From Escherichia phage aaroes, in sequence record NC_049826.1: a stretch of 51,662 nucleotides of DNA. The stretch is one strand, 5' to 3'. Below the pieces are notes generated by a model. That model worked only from the letters and a program-made list of their open reading frames with translations. It had not been told where the DNA came from and ran no database searches. Numbering within the stretch: the stretch's first letter is position 1; each line of letters opens with the position of its first letter. A program made the position numbers and the translations under genes. Of this stretch, positions 1-8,129 are shown piece by piece.

Positions 1-68
1 TTTTGTTAAAACGCCAGGCCTTGTGTCGGGCATAATTATTTCATCAAAACGAACAAGAGGAAAACAAA
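1..68 (+). promoter_or_regulatory. truncated copy of recurrent early promoter-leader cassette
   Basis: Window starts inside the core (TTTTGTTAAAAC), then GC inverted repeat, CATAAT at 31-36, and a leader/RBS (GAGGAAAACAAAATG) almost identical to the copy at 10911-10979. Confidence 0.5.
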
Positions 69-248
69 ATGGTTGTTTACGATCCACGCGCTTTTAAAAT
101 TGCTCAAGAAGTTTCACGCGAATCTGTTGCTGGCGGTTCGGTTAACGGCTATCAGTTTGATTGGTCGGCAGCAATGACCTTGCTTAAGGTTGCATATGGT
201 CACGCGCCAATTGAAACAGCGGAGGAATATTATAAGCATGAAGGTTGA
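69..248 (+). CDS. hypothetical small protein (58 aa)
   Basis: ATG at 69 after cassette RBS; stop TGA 246-248; below the ORF-track length cutoff. Confidence 0.35.
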   Translation: MVVYDPRAFKIAQEVSRESVAGGSVNGYQFDWSAAMTLLKVAYGHAPIETAEEYYKHEG

Positions 249-480
249 GCAAGGTAGGCAGGCTGTATGGGATCACGCAAAGGAATGCGGGATCGCAGAA
301 GACATATCCAGGATAGCGAAATATTTTGATATTGCTGACATAAGCATTATCAGCGGCGACAAAATGACATTTCTCAATGAACGCCCGCGCAAGATGCATC
401 GCGTCCCAGCAATACCAACAAAGATTGATTTCAAAGAGGCTATGGCGAAAATTCGCGAGCCGCGCAAATACTACAAATGA
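238..480 (+). CDS. hypothetical protein (80 aa)
   Basis: ATG at 238 with GAGGAA RBS; the track ORF 190-480 is the same frame extended upstream. Confidence 0.45.
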   Translation: MKVEQGRQAVWDHAKECGIAEDISRIAKYFDIADISIISGDKMTFLNERPRKMHRVPAIPTKIDFKEAMAKIREPRKYYK

Positions 481-568
481 GGATTATTATCATGTGGCGT
501 TTGTTACCCTGTTATGATGGCGATCTCTATTGTATACGTTGTCATAATGAGATAAGGAGAATTTTTTG

Positions 569-1699
569 ATGAAGCAAATCAAAATCACAGATGAACAATT
601 TATCAATGAGCGCAAGCAGGGAAAGACATATAAGCAGATCGCTAATGAGTATGGCATGAACGTTCGAAGCATTGAGCGACGTGCGGCACGATTAGCAAAG
701 CAAGGTAAAGTTACAACCATCGGATCGCCTGGTTTTGGTGTTACTGGAGAATCAAAGCTAATTGATAAAGATGGCAATGTTGTTATGACATGGATTAAGA
801 CAAGCAAGGACCGCGAACAGTTAGAAGCATTAATGCAGGCCGCTATGGATGCATTTAGCGAAGAAGTTCCGCGACTTGATCCACAGCCAGAATCACAAAA
901 GGATTATAGCGAGACGTTATCACTGTATCCGATATTTGACATGCACTTGGGCGCAATGGCGCATAAGCATGAATGCGGCGAGAATTGGGATACAGCAACA
1001 GCAGAGCGCGTAATGAATAATTTCATTGATTATTCCATCCAGTGCGCGCCGGATAGTGAAAAGGCTGTTTTGCTGATTGGTGGTGATATGCTTCACAGCG
1101 ACGGACTGGAAGCGGTAACGCCTGCAAGCGGTCACGTATTAGATCAAGATAGTCGATATGCAAAACTTGTTTATGTTGCTATCCGGTCGGTTCGTCGAGC
1201 AATTACAAAGCTGTTATCAAAACACAAAAACGTCGAGATCCAAATCATTGAAGGCAACCACGACCAAAGCGGTATGATCTGGTTGCGCGCAGCAATGGCG
1301 GCAGCATATGAGAATGAGCCGCGAGTGCATGTTGATGTGTCTCCGCGAGTAGTTCATCACACACAATATGGCAAAACGTTCCTGGCATACCATCACGGGC
1401 ATACTATCCGCAAACCTGAAACATTGCTCATGATGTGCGCGGCAGACTGGCGCGAAGATTTCGGCAATTCAAAAATGATGTATACTCACGTAGGGCACTG
1501 GCATCATCAGACAGTAACTGAAACAAGCCTGGGCATTGTTGAAGTGCATAGCACTATGGCGGCAAAAGATGCATATGCGGCGCGCGGTGGATGGCGTTCT
1601 CGTCGCCGTGCGGCTGTTATTGTTTACGATAAAGAATACGGCGAAGTCGGGCGATTTATGCATTATCCAGAAATGGCTGATCGAACTTTTAATTATTAA
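569..1699 (+). CDS. calcineurin-like metallophosphoesterase (Mre11/SbcD-type motifs) with N-terminal HTH
   Basis: AAGGAG RBS then ATG 569; motifs DMH, GGDMLHSD, GNHD, HHGH in order; N-terminal ~50 aa HTH-like (TYKQIANEYGMNVRSIERRAARL). Confidence 0.6.
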   Translation: MKQIKITDEQFINERKQGKTYKQIANEYGMNVRSIERRAARLAKQGKVTTIGSPGFGVTGESKLIDKDGNVVMTWIKTSKDREQLEALMQAAMDAFSEEVPRLDPQPESQKDYSETLSLYPIFDMHLGAMAHKHECGENWDTATAERVMNNFIDYSIQCAPDSEKAVLLIGGDMLHSDGLEAVTPASGHVLDQDSRYAKLVYVAIRSVRRAITKLLSKHKNVEIQIIEGNHDQSGMIWLRAAMAAAYENEPRVHVDVSPRVVHHTQYGKTFLAYHHGHTIRKPETLLMMCAADWREDFGNSKMMYTHVGHWHHQTVTETSLGIVEVHSTMAAKDAYAARGGWRSRRRAAVIVYDKEYGEVGRFMHYPEMADRTFNY

Positions 1700-1727
1700 A
1701 ATATCAATATAAATCATCAATTTAATT

Positions 1728-1757
1728 GGGCGAGGCATTTTGCTTTGCCCTTTTTTT
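1728..1757 (+). terminator. intrinsic terminator after phosphoesterase gene
   Basis: Imperfect GC stem (GGGCGAGGCA / TGCTTTGCCC) followed by a 7-T run. Confidence 0.5.
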
Positions 1758-1830
1758 ATTCCTTTTTGTGCGTTCAATGGTTAGGATACAATCAATTAAT
1801 TGTTGACTTTTATTTACAGGAGATCTAATC

Positions 1831-2046
1831 ATGAAAGATTTTTTAAACGCTGCAACTTCCGGCACTGGCGGCGCGTCAATCACTGGCGCGGTAACTGGTC
1901 AAACAACGATTGCAATAGCCAGCTTCGTTTTGATGGCTGCATTTGGTATGTGGGGCGCTTATCTTCGTTGGCGTGATAGTAAGGCGCTACGTGACGCGCT
2001 TGAATGCGGTGATATTAAGAAGGCTATTGAAATCAGGGGTAAATAA
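1831..2046 (+). CDS. holin (possible pinholin)
   Basis: 71 aa, hydrophobic Gly/Ala-rich TM segments and charged C-terminus; AGGAG RBS; stop overlaps endolysin start. Confidence 0.55.
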   Translation: MKDFLNAATSGTGGASITGAVTGQTTIAIASFVLMAAFGMWGAYLRWRDSKALRDALECGDIKKAIEIRGK

Positions 2047-2534
2047 TGAGCATAAAACAAAGAGTGACCGCTGCGGCTTTTGGCGTTGCTCTTGCTCTTA
2101 CTTCTCCATTACTGGAGGAAATAGAAGGAGTAAAATATAAGCCGTACAAAGATATTGCTGGAATATGGACGGTTTGCGCCGGAATAACTGGACCTGACGT
2201 AATACCAGGTAAGACGTACACACAGAGAGAGTGCGATGCGCTACTGGCAAAGCATATCAAGATCGCAAAGGATGAAGTTGATAAGCGCGTGAAGGTTGAT
2301 ATTCCTGATACAATGCGCGCGGCAATGTATTCATTCACGTATAATGCTGGCACTGGTGCTTTTAGAAATTCAACCATGCTTAAGCTGATTAATAAAGGCC
2401 GTTACATGGAAGCGTGCGATCAGTTATGGCGATGGACCAAATACACCAATCCAAAAACAGGAAAGAAAGAAACGTCTAAAGGACTGCGCAACCGCCGCGC
2501 CGTGGAATTTAAATATTGCATTAAGGATCTGTAA
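2046..2534 (+). CDS. endolysin, T4-lysozyme-like (GH24), possible SAR type
   Basis: E...D...T catalytic-triad-like stretch ([25 protein letters not shown]); weakly hydrophobic Ala/Gly-rich N-terminus typical of signal-anchor-release lysins. Confidence 0.7.
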   Translation: MSIKQRVTAAAFGVALALTSPLLEEIEGVKYKPYKDIAGIWTVCAGITGPDVIPGKTYTQRECDALLAKHIKIAKDEVDKRVKVDIPDTMRAAMYSFTYNAGTGAFRNSTMLKLINKGRYMEACDQLWRWTKYTNPKTGKKETSKGLRNRRAVEFKYCIKDL

Positions 2535-2536
2535 TT

Positions 2537-2935
2537 ATGAGAAAGTTATCAGTAATCGCGATCGCTGTTATCTTGTCTGGATGTTCAAGCGTTACGCCAC
2601 TGACCGGATTGATAGGAAGCAAGCCTGAGATAACAGCACAGGCAGGAGCGGAGAACGTAAAACAGACCGTCGGACTGACAGCAAAACAGGACGCCAGCAC
2701 AAAACAGGATACGACAATTAAAGAGTCGAAAGTTGACACTGTTGATACTTCAAACAAAAAGGAGATCAAAACGTCAACCATTCAGGCCAATACCATCAAG
2801 GCTGATAAAATCCAGGTCGTGCAGGGTGAGCAAGGCAAGTGGTACGATCCTATAATATATTGCGCGGCAATTTTTAGTGGTCTTTTGTCAATGCTTTACT
2901 TTTCCTGCCGAAAGGGCAACAAAAAGGAGGCTTAA
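2537..2935 (+). CDS. unimolecular spanin (lipoprotein with C-terminal TM domain)
   Basis: Lipobox LSGC after a signal sequence plus C-terminal hydrophobic helix; position right after the endolysin, as in T1 gp11. Confidence 0.55.
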   Translation: MRKLSVIAIAVILSGCSSVTPLTGLIGSKPEITAQAGAENVKQTVGLTAKQDASTKQDTTIKESKVDTVDTSNKKEIKTSTIQANTIKADKIQVVQGEQGKWYDPIIYCAAIFSGLLSMLYFSCRKGNKKEA

Positions 2936-2948
2936 CGCTTCCTTTGTT

Positions 2949-3164
2949 TTATGCATCAGCCCACATATAACTTTCGTTTGTGAGTTTTGCATATTCGCGA
3001 ACTTCAAATTCGCACTTATCACCGTACATCTCCGCGACTTTCTTCTCGTTCGCTACCGCTGATTCCTCGGTCCATCCATCAGCTTTGCTGTAAAGAGTTG
3101 GAATCTCACTGCTAGTACCGTTGGAGTGATTATAAACGCGAACTACTAAAAATTTGTTAGCCAT
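2949..3164 (-). CDS. hypothetical early protein (71 aa)
   Basis: ORF behind a cassette copy; RBS GAAGGAAAACATC before ATG. Confidence 0.5.
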   Translation of the reverse strand: MANKFLVVRVYNHSNGTSSEIPTLYSKADGWTEESAVANEKKVAEMYGDKCEFEVREYAKLTNESYMWADA

Positions 3165-3247
3165 GATGTTTTCCTTCTGGTCGTTTCGTCTCGATGAAAC
3201 AAATATACCCGATACGAGATCGGGTGTTTTAACAAAAAGTGCTATTC
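3165..3247 (-). promoter_or_regulatory. early promoter-leader cassette copy
   Basis: Read on minus strand: GAATAGCACTTTTTGTTAAAAC, hairpin CCCGAT-loop-ATCGGG, TATATT, leader CATCGAGACGAAACGA; TAG of the upstream ORF lies in the core. Confidence 0.55.
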
Positions 3248-3436
3248 AATACGCTTTACAGTAACCAACAAAACTCCGTCCTCATCACACAAATTATGCT
3301 CTGATATATCAAACGCTCGCATGTCAGAATGAATGAGCGTTAACATTGCGTGCATGAAGTCGTCATGTGAGATTGAACTTACGGCGCAGAACTTCAATAT
3401 TTTGTCTATTAGCATTTGACGTAAACAATTCTTCAT
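3242..3436 (-). CDS. hypothetical protein (64 aa)
   Basis: GGAGA RBS before ATG at 3436; overlaps the 3' end of the upstream ORF by 74 nt in another frame; stop TAG is inside the repeat core. Confidence 0.4.
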   Translation of the reverse strand: MKNCLRQMLIDKILKFCAVSSISHDDFMHAMLTLIHSDMRAFDISEHNLCDEDGVLLVTVKRIE

Positions 3437-3755
3437 CGCTCATTTCTCCGATCCGTAAAACATCCCTTACCCATTCGTTTTGCATACCTTCCAGGCTGTA
3501 AAGTTCAAACGAGAAAGGGCGATTTGCTGATCCTTTCTTACACCAGAACTTTCCACCAACTCCATCAAGATAACCAGCGGTCATCATTCTTGCGCAAAAT
3601 TCTTTTGAAACGGCAGTTGCAAACATCCTCGGCGTAAATCCTGCGGCCCTTGCGAGCCGCTCACATTCTCTGTGCTGAAAGATAAATTTTGCTATATGTT
3701 GACGTGTAAACCATTCGAATGACTCACACCAGCGATACAGATCCAGAAGAAACAT
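3363..3755 (-). CDS. hypothetical protein (130 aa)
   Basis: ATG 2 nt after the stop of the P-loop gene (translational coupling). Confidence 0.5.
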   Translation of the reverse strand: MFLLDLYRWCESFEWFTRQHIAKFIFQHRECERLARAAGFTPRMFATAVSKEFCARMMTAGYLDGVGGKFWCKKGSANRPFSFELYSLEGMQNEWVRDVLRIGEMSDEELFTSNANRQNIEVLRRKFNLT

Positions 3756-3757
3756 AA

Positions 3758-5341
3758 TTACCCTAGCAATGTTGGATTTACGAAAACAACGCCATTAATC
3801 ACACAAATATAATTTCTTTCCTCAAGCATCGGAAGCAGTTGCGTTTCCATGCGCTTCATTACTCCAGCCTGACCAACAAAAGGCTTAACTTTTCGTGCAG
3901 CCTCATATATGGCGCGCACATTCAAGATTCCCTTATTAGCCTTTCCGTGTCGAGTGATGATCTCGATTAGTTTACCCATTTCAGCATCATCACCAGCATA
4001 GCCAGAAGCGTTTGCGGCGCTAATGTATGTTTTGCTCAACTCGCTAAACATCAGCAATGCTTCCTGAACGGTTTCAACCTCAATCTCTTTCGACTTCTGA
4101 GGGTATCCACCAGGATTAAACCAATTGCGGATAGTGTGCAAAACCGAAGCAATCCTGATCACCTGCTTATCCATTTTGCCAAGCGCACCTCGCAGCATTG
4201 TATGCGAATACTTTCCGCCATCAGCAAGGTGCGGTTCCATCTCCTGACGAGCCATGTTAAGCACTCGCATTGCGGATTTGCTGATCTTAAGCTGGATGTT
4301 TGATTCGCTCATGATGTTATGGATCAGCTTAAAATATTGGCTTTTCAGTTCTCCATCAACAGGCTCATAAGTCGAATCACCGTTATCATCAACAAATTTT
4401 CGACGACCTAAAAATGATTCTTCACGCACAAGCAAATAACGCTCACTCACACCGATACCGCGCGATCCTGCATCCATGATGGCATTAATTGTTTCATCCT
4501 GGGCAATTACTGCCATGCAGCCAAGAGCTTTAAAACTCATGTTATTGTCTGCGTTTGCGCGAGCTATAGAAACATGACCGTGATCCCATGCTTTTAGCAC
4601 AAGTTCGCTGTTTGTTTTGCGTTCGCTATTGGCATATGTCAGACCTAAAAGGCTGTTAATACTCGTTGCCTCGTCTGAAATTACAGCAAAGTTACCCTGG
4701 CGATTGTTGATTCTTGCAAGTCCTTCCGGCGTGGTATCGGACACAGGGAAAACAATGTCACACATCTTTTCAAGTTTTTCTTCAAGATCTTCTTTCTCTT
4801 GGTATAGCGATTCCATATCAGCGCCAGATCGCTCGCTTTTCATCTCTTTTGCAAGACCTGCCAACTTTGCCTGAATCTTTTTTCGTTCCTTCTTTCGCTG
4901 ATCATTAATTCTTTCTACTTCAGCAACCATAGGAGCAAGTGCCAGGCTGTTAACGGCAGATTTACCAGTTGAAGGAGGCTGGCTTGTGACAACATAAAGA
5001 GCTGTCGGCTGATCCGTTCCGTGATACTCAACCGTGAAGCGTCCAAGCATTGCAGCAGACACGCATCCGATAAAATGCATATAGGCCGATGATTCAGGGA
5101 ATTGAACAGAGCGAGCAATGTTGCGCGCCAACTTACCAACAACATCAACATCATTGCCAAGAGAAATTACAGGGTAGCGATCGTTTCCGTTATTAACATC
5201 ATTAACCTCACCCCAAAAGCTGGACGATTGACGGTATCCGTTAGCCTGAATGGATACGCGCACCGGAGACAATCCTTGCGCATCAGCTAATTCGATAATT
5301 TGTTTTGGTGTTAGTTTATTGGTTTCAAACGAAAAATTCAT
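3758..5341 (-). CDS. P-loop NTPase of unknown function (527 aa)
   Basis: AAGGAG RBS before ATG 5341; Walker A-like QPPSTGKS and Walker B-like AVISDEAT; charged coiled-coil segment after the P-loop. Confidence 0.55.
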   Translation of the reverse strand: MNFSFETNKLTPKQIIELADAQGLSPVRVSIQANGYRQSSSFWGEVNDVNNGNDRYPVISLGNDVDVVGKLARNIARSVQFPESSAYMHFIGCVSAAMLGRFTVEYHGTDQPTALYVVTSQPPSTGKSAVNSLALAPMVAEVERINDQRKKERKKIQAKLAGLAKEMKSERSGADMESLYQEKEDLEEKLEKMCDIVFPVSDTTPEGLARINNRQGNFAVISDEATSINSLLGLTYANSERKTNSELVLKAWDHGHVSIARANADNNMSFKALGCMAVIAQDETINAIMDAGSRGIGVSERYLLVREESFLGRRKFVDDNGDSTYEPVDGELKSQYFKLIHNIMSESNIQLKISKSAMRVLNMARQEMEPHLADGGKYSHTMLRGALGKMDKQVIRIASVLHTIRNWFNPGGYPQKSKEIEVETVQEALLMFSELSKTYISAANASGYAGDDAEMGKLIEIITRHGKANKGILNVRAIYEAARKVKPFVGQAGVMKRMETQLLPMLEERNYICVINGVVFVNPTLLG

Positions 5342-5414
5342 TGGTGATAACTCCTTTTTGATGCGGCAATAATACCGCACCAATGCTACCCGCATTTAAC
5401 AAAAAATACTATTT
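5342..5414 (-). promoter_or_regulatory. early promoter-leader cassette copy (variant core AATAGTATTTTTTGTTAA)
   Basis: Core followed by inverted repeat ATGCGG...CCGCAT containing TATTAT, then AAGGAG RBS. Confidence 0.5.
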
Positions 5415-5630
5415 GATCCGCTCTATGCTAACTAAGATTTTTTCTGGTTCCTTTTCGCTATGGCAATGCGCGGTTACGGAATCAGCAAAATCAAAATAAA
5501 GTGATTTGTGGTAAGAAAGACCAATCAGCCATCCAACCATCGTTTTCTTTATTGGCCTGACTATATCGCCAGGCTTGAAGGTTTTTGTTGCTGAATAAGT
5601 CACCTTATAGCGATATTCAGTCTTGATCAC
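5409..5630 (-). CDS. hypothetical protein (73 aa, GTG start)
   Basis: Open frame with GTG start and GAGG RBS; stop TAG inside the repeat core; start uncertain. Confidence 0.35.
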   Translation of the reverse strand: MIKTEYRYKVTYSATKTFKPGDIVRPIKKTMVGWLIGLSYHKSLYFDFADSVTAHCHSEKEPEKILVSIERIK

Positions 5631-6013
5631 TTATACATAGCCTCAAACAAATGACAGCCACCAGCGGAAAATCCTACTTCTTCGCGGTATAGCGTCCAGC
5701 GGTCGCCAGCTTCATCAAAAACATAACCAGCAACAGCACCAAGCGCTCGCCCTTGCTCAATCTGGTAACGCTTTCCTTCTTTGAAATGTTTTTTGCACGG
5801 TATCTTGTGATCTACAAAGGTGCATTTAATTGTTTTTGTCTTGATATGACGATAGTCAGACTCAACAGCGTTTTGCCATTTGCTACCCTTTGTAATGCTC
5901 TTTACCTGGAATTGCTCCAACTCGATCACATCATCGCTACCAGAAATTTTTTCGTATACGGTTTTATAACGACCGTTCATCAAAACGTTGGTTTTATTGC
6001 AGATAACTTTCAT
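5627..6013 (-). CDS. hypothetical protein (128 aa)
   Basis: AAAGGAG RBS before ATG 6013; follows a cassette copy. Confidence 0.5.
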   Translation of the reverse strand: MKVICNKTNVLMNGRYKTVYEKISGSDDVIELEQFQVKSITKGSKWQNAVESDYRHIKTKTIKCTFVDHKIPCKKHFKEGKRYQIEQGRALGAVAGYVFDEAGDRWTLYREEVGFSAGGCHLFEAMYK

Positions 6014-6091
6014 CGTTTATTTCTCCTTTCGTTTCGGTGAGGTGATTATGCCAGGCTTTTACACCTGGCTTTTAACAAAAAGTGCTATTTT
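6014..6091 (-). promoter_or_regulatory. early promoter-leader cassette copy
   Basis: Minus strand: AAAATAGCACTTTTTGTTAAAAG, hairpin GCCAGG...CCTGGC, CATAAT, leader CACCGAAACGAAAGGAG. Confidence 0.55.
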
Positions 6092-6795
6092 GCGTTAGCT
6101 TCAAAGACTGCGCGGGCAAAACCGCGCGGGGTGAGGGAGCGGATCATCTTTGTGCGCGATGACTTGCCGCCAGTTTTGGCCCAGCCTGGATTATCTTTGT
6201 CGTTCTCTTTCGGCAGGATTAAAGCGCGTGGAGGAATAACAAAGCCGTTGCCAGTCCAGAGGCATGTTTTCTTAAAATAGCGATCCCGCGCCGGAATAAT
6301 ATCAGGGAAGTCGGGATGTTTATCATCTTCCGGCAGATAGCCAGCGTAATCGCACGGATGGAACGTATAATCAGGCTTACGCCATAACGTTGACAGCTTG
6401 CCTACAGGATTCTCTATCATGTAAGGAACACCGAAATAATCAGCGATATGCGCCGCTATTTTGCAAGTGTCGGCGGCCTCACCCTGGAACGATGGATTCT
6501 CAAGGCGCTTTTTGGACCAATGGCGAGATCCGCTATTCGCAAGGTCAGTGCAAGGTGGGAAGGCCATAATGAAATCAGGCTTACCCCAATTTTCAAGTTT
6601 TGCGGTATATTTGAATAGCTCATCAATCCACACATTAACGTAAAAAATATTGTCGTGGATTATGCGTACTGAGTGGTAATCACCGTGATCTGCATCATCG
6701 TAATTAAAGCAAATGCATTTATATCCAGCATCAGCCCAATCTTTAACGGCTTTACCAGATCCATCAAACAAAGAGAAAATTAAACCCTTATACAT
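6085..6795 (-). CDS. compact DNA cytosine-C5 methyltransferase-like protein (236 aa)
   Basis: C5-MTase motif order: I LFDGSG, IV FPPC, VI ENPVG, C-terminal LTPRGFARA (resembles the TPRE-ARLQGFP block); no room for a large target-recognition domain. Confidence 0.6.
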   Translation of the reverse strand: MYKGLIFSLFDGSGKAVKDWADAGYKCICFNYDDADHGDYHSVRIIHDNIFYVNVWIDELFKYTAKLENWGKPDFIMAFPPCTDLANSGSRHWSKKRLENPSFQGEAADTCKIAAHIADYFGVPYMIENPVGKLSTLWRKPDYTFHPCDYAGYLPEDDKHPDFPDIIPARDRYFKKTCLWTGNGFVIPPRALILPKENDKDNPGWAKTGGKSSRTKMIRSLTPRGFARAVFEANAK

Positions 6796-6804
6796 TTCAT
6801 CACC

Positions 6805-7029
6805 TCAAAACGGAAAGCATCGCTGGCAGTTAGGATCGAAGTTGCAGCCGCAATCATTGACAATCATTGTTGGATCTGCAAATGCAGCGCCGCATTCATG
6901 GTCCATATCCATTTCACCCAACGCATCATCAAGCGTCCTGATTTTATATGCGACTTCAAGCGCGGCCTCTTTATTCAGTCCGGCATCTTCTGCTTTTTGC
7001 AGTCGCTCAAAAAATCCGTCCTGACTCAT
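6805..7029 (-). CDS. hypothetical Cys-rich small protein (74 aa)
   Basis: Acidic N-terminus and C-terminal cluster of 6 Cys (possible metal-binding knuckle). Confidence 0.45.
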   Translation of the reverse strand: MSQDGFFERLQKAEDAGLNKEAALEVAYKIRTLDDALGEMDMDHECGAAFADPTMIVNDCGCNFDPNCQRCFPF

Positions 7030-7127
7030 TTAATAAACTCCTTAATAACAGTAAGAAGAATTGCAAGCCAAAGCAAACCAACAAGGCCAATCATCACGAC
7101 AAATAAAATATCAAGAAATTTCATCAT
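7026..7127 (-). CDS. hypothetical 33-aa hydrophobic peptide
   Basis: AAAGGTG RBS, tandem ATG, single TM-like helix; stop TGA overlaps the ATG of 6805-7029 (ATGA); below the ORF-track cutoff. Confidence 0.3.
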   Translation of the reverse strand: MMKFLDILFVVMIGLVGLLWLAILLTVIKEFIK

Positions 7128-7174
7128 TATTATCACCTTTATTTAAAGGGAGGAGGAAACCTCCCATTGATTAA

Positions 7175-7402
7175 TCATACAGCCTTCCAGCTTTCAATAA
7201 ACATGCTGTTTTCTTCCAGCAGTTTAATCAATTCTTCGCGCGTGTATTTGCGGATTTTACTACCTGGATGTGAGCCAACAACAAACACACCTTTGCCACT
7301 CGTGATTGTTAACTGGTTGATTCCGCAAGATTTATCCATCTTAATGGCGACGCGGTGATGCGCATCAACAGTGTGCATGATGTTAGTGACTTTAGCTTTC
7401 AT
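7175..7402 (-). CDS. hypothetical protein (75 aa)
   Basis: GAGGA RBS before internal ATG (MKAKVTN...); the track ORF extends into the promoter. Confidence 0.45.
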   Translation of the reverse strand: MKAKVTNIMHTVDAHHRVAIKMDKSCGINQLTITSGKGVFVVGSHPGSKIRKYTREELIKLLEENSMFIESWKAV

Positions 7403-7477
7403 TATGCAATCCTCATTATATTTGGTGTGGTAACTATACCAGGTTTGAGAAATATTGTTTAGCAATTAGTGCTATCA
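7403..7477 (-). promoter_or_regulatory. early promoter cassette, variant core (TAGCACTAATTGCTAAAC)
   Basis: Variant core followed about 21 nt later by TATAGT and then TATAAT just before the RBS. Confidence 0.45.
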
Positions 7478-7576
7478 GTTGAAATAGCCATGGCGCTTTG
7501 CTCGCTTTCCGTCTCCGCCATAATGATCATTAGAAACGGCAATCATCCAGGCATTATGGAATATTATTATCTTCAT

Positions 7577-7858
7577 CTAATTAATGCCAACAACGTTAAA
7601 ACTTACAACTTTTGTTCCGCTAAACACATACGCTTCAACAGATCCACCAAATAAACGAATTTTTCCCTGGCCATACTGCGCATTCATATTGCGCCAAACC
7701 GTCATGTTAGAACAGGACGCGTTACCATTCTTGATAAGATTATCCATCTTTTTCATTAGATTATGATAATCAAGCCAGAATCTATAAGCGCGTTGTTTAG
7801 TTCGCGCCGCCTTGATTGTTTCGGCTGAGTTTTTAAAATCGCTGTTTTTGTAGGCCAT
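7577..7858 (-). CDS. hypothetical protein (93 aa)
   Basis: ORF; stop overlaps start of the downstream gene by 1 nt. Confidence 0.45.
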   Translation of the reverse strand: MAYKNSDFKNSAETIKAARTKQRAYRFWLDYHNLMKKMDNLIKNGNASCSNMTVWRNMNAQYGQGKIRLFGGSVEAYVFSGTKVVSFNVVGIN

Positions 7859-8052
7859 TACACAACCTCCATAAAAGTATTGAATCCACGCAGTTTGAAA
7901 GCATTGCCATGTTTAACAACGTTCCATGTCAGGCCGGAGTGATACGCAACCATATCCTCAAGATCAATGGTGATGATAGCGCCTTTCTTAAAGATTCCTT
8001 TCTCGTGAGTGGTGTCGCGCTGCACAACTTTAACATCAACCTGTGTTTCCAT
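7858..8052 (-). CDS. hypothetical protein (64 aa)
   Basis: ORF directly behind a cassette copy. Confidence 0.45.
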   Translation of the reverse strand: METQVDVKVVQRDTTHEKGIFKKGAIITIDLEDMVAYHSGLTWNVVKHGNAFKLRGFNTFMEVV

Positions 8053-8129
8053 TTTTAAATACTCGCTCGTTGTCGATGCGCTTAATATACCAATCAGAGG
8101 CGCATCGTTTTTAACAAAAAGTGCTATTC
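8053..8129 (-). promoter_or_regulatory. early promoter-leader cassette copy
   Basis: Minus strand: GAATAGCACTTTTTGTTAAAAA, hairpin GATGCGC...GCGCATC with TATATT in the loop, leader CATCGACAACGAG. Confidence 0.55.

Noticed and set aside
4617-4908. Plus-strand ORFs inside the P-loop NTPase gene, and other internal ORFs such as 34952-35158 and 36009-36583
   Set aside because: They are embedded antisense or out of frame within well-supported longer genes, with no RBS and biased low-complexity composition.
7469-7654. Plus-strand 61-aa ORF and a 23-aa minus-strand mini-ORF in the 7478-7576 intergenic stretch
   Set aside because: No RBS, they overlap the variant promoter core, and the stretch more likely serves as leader or promoter sequence for the minus-strand gene.
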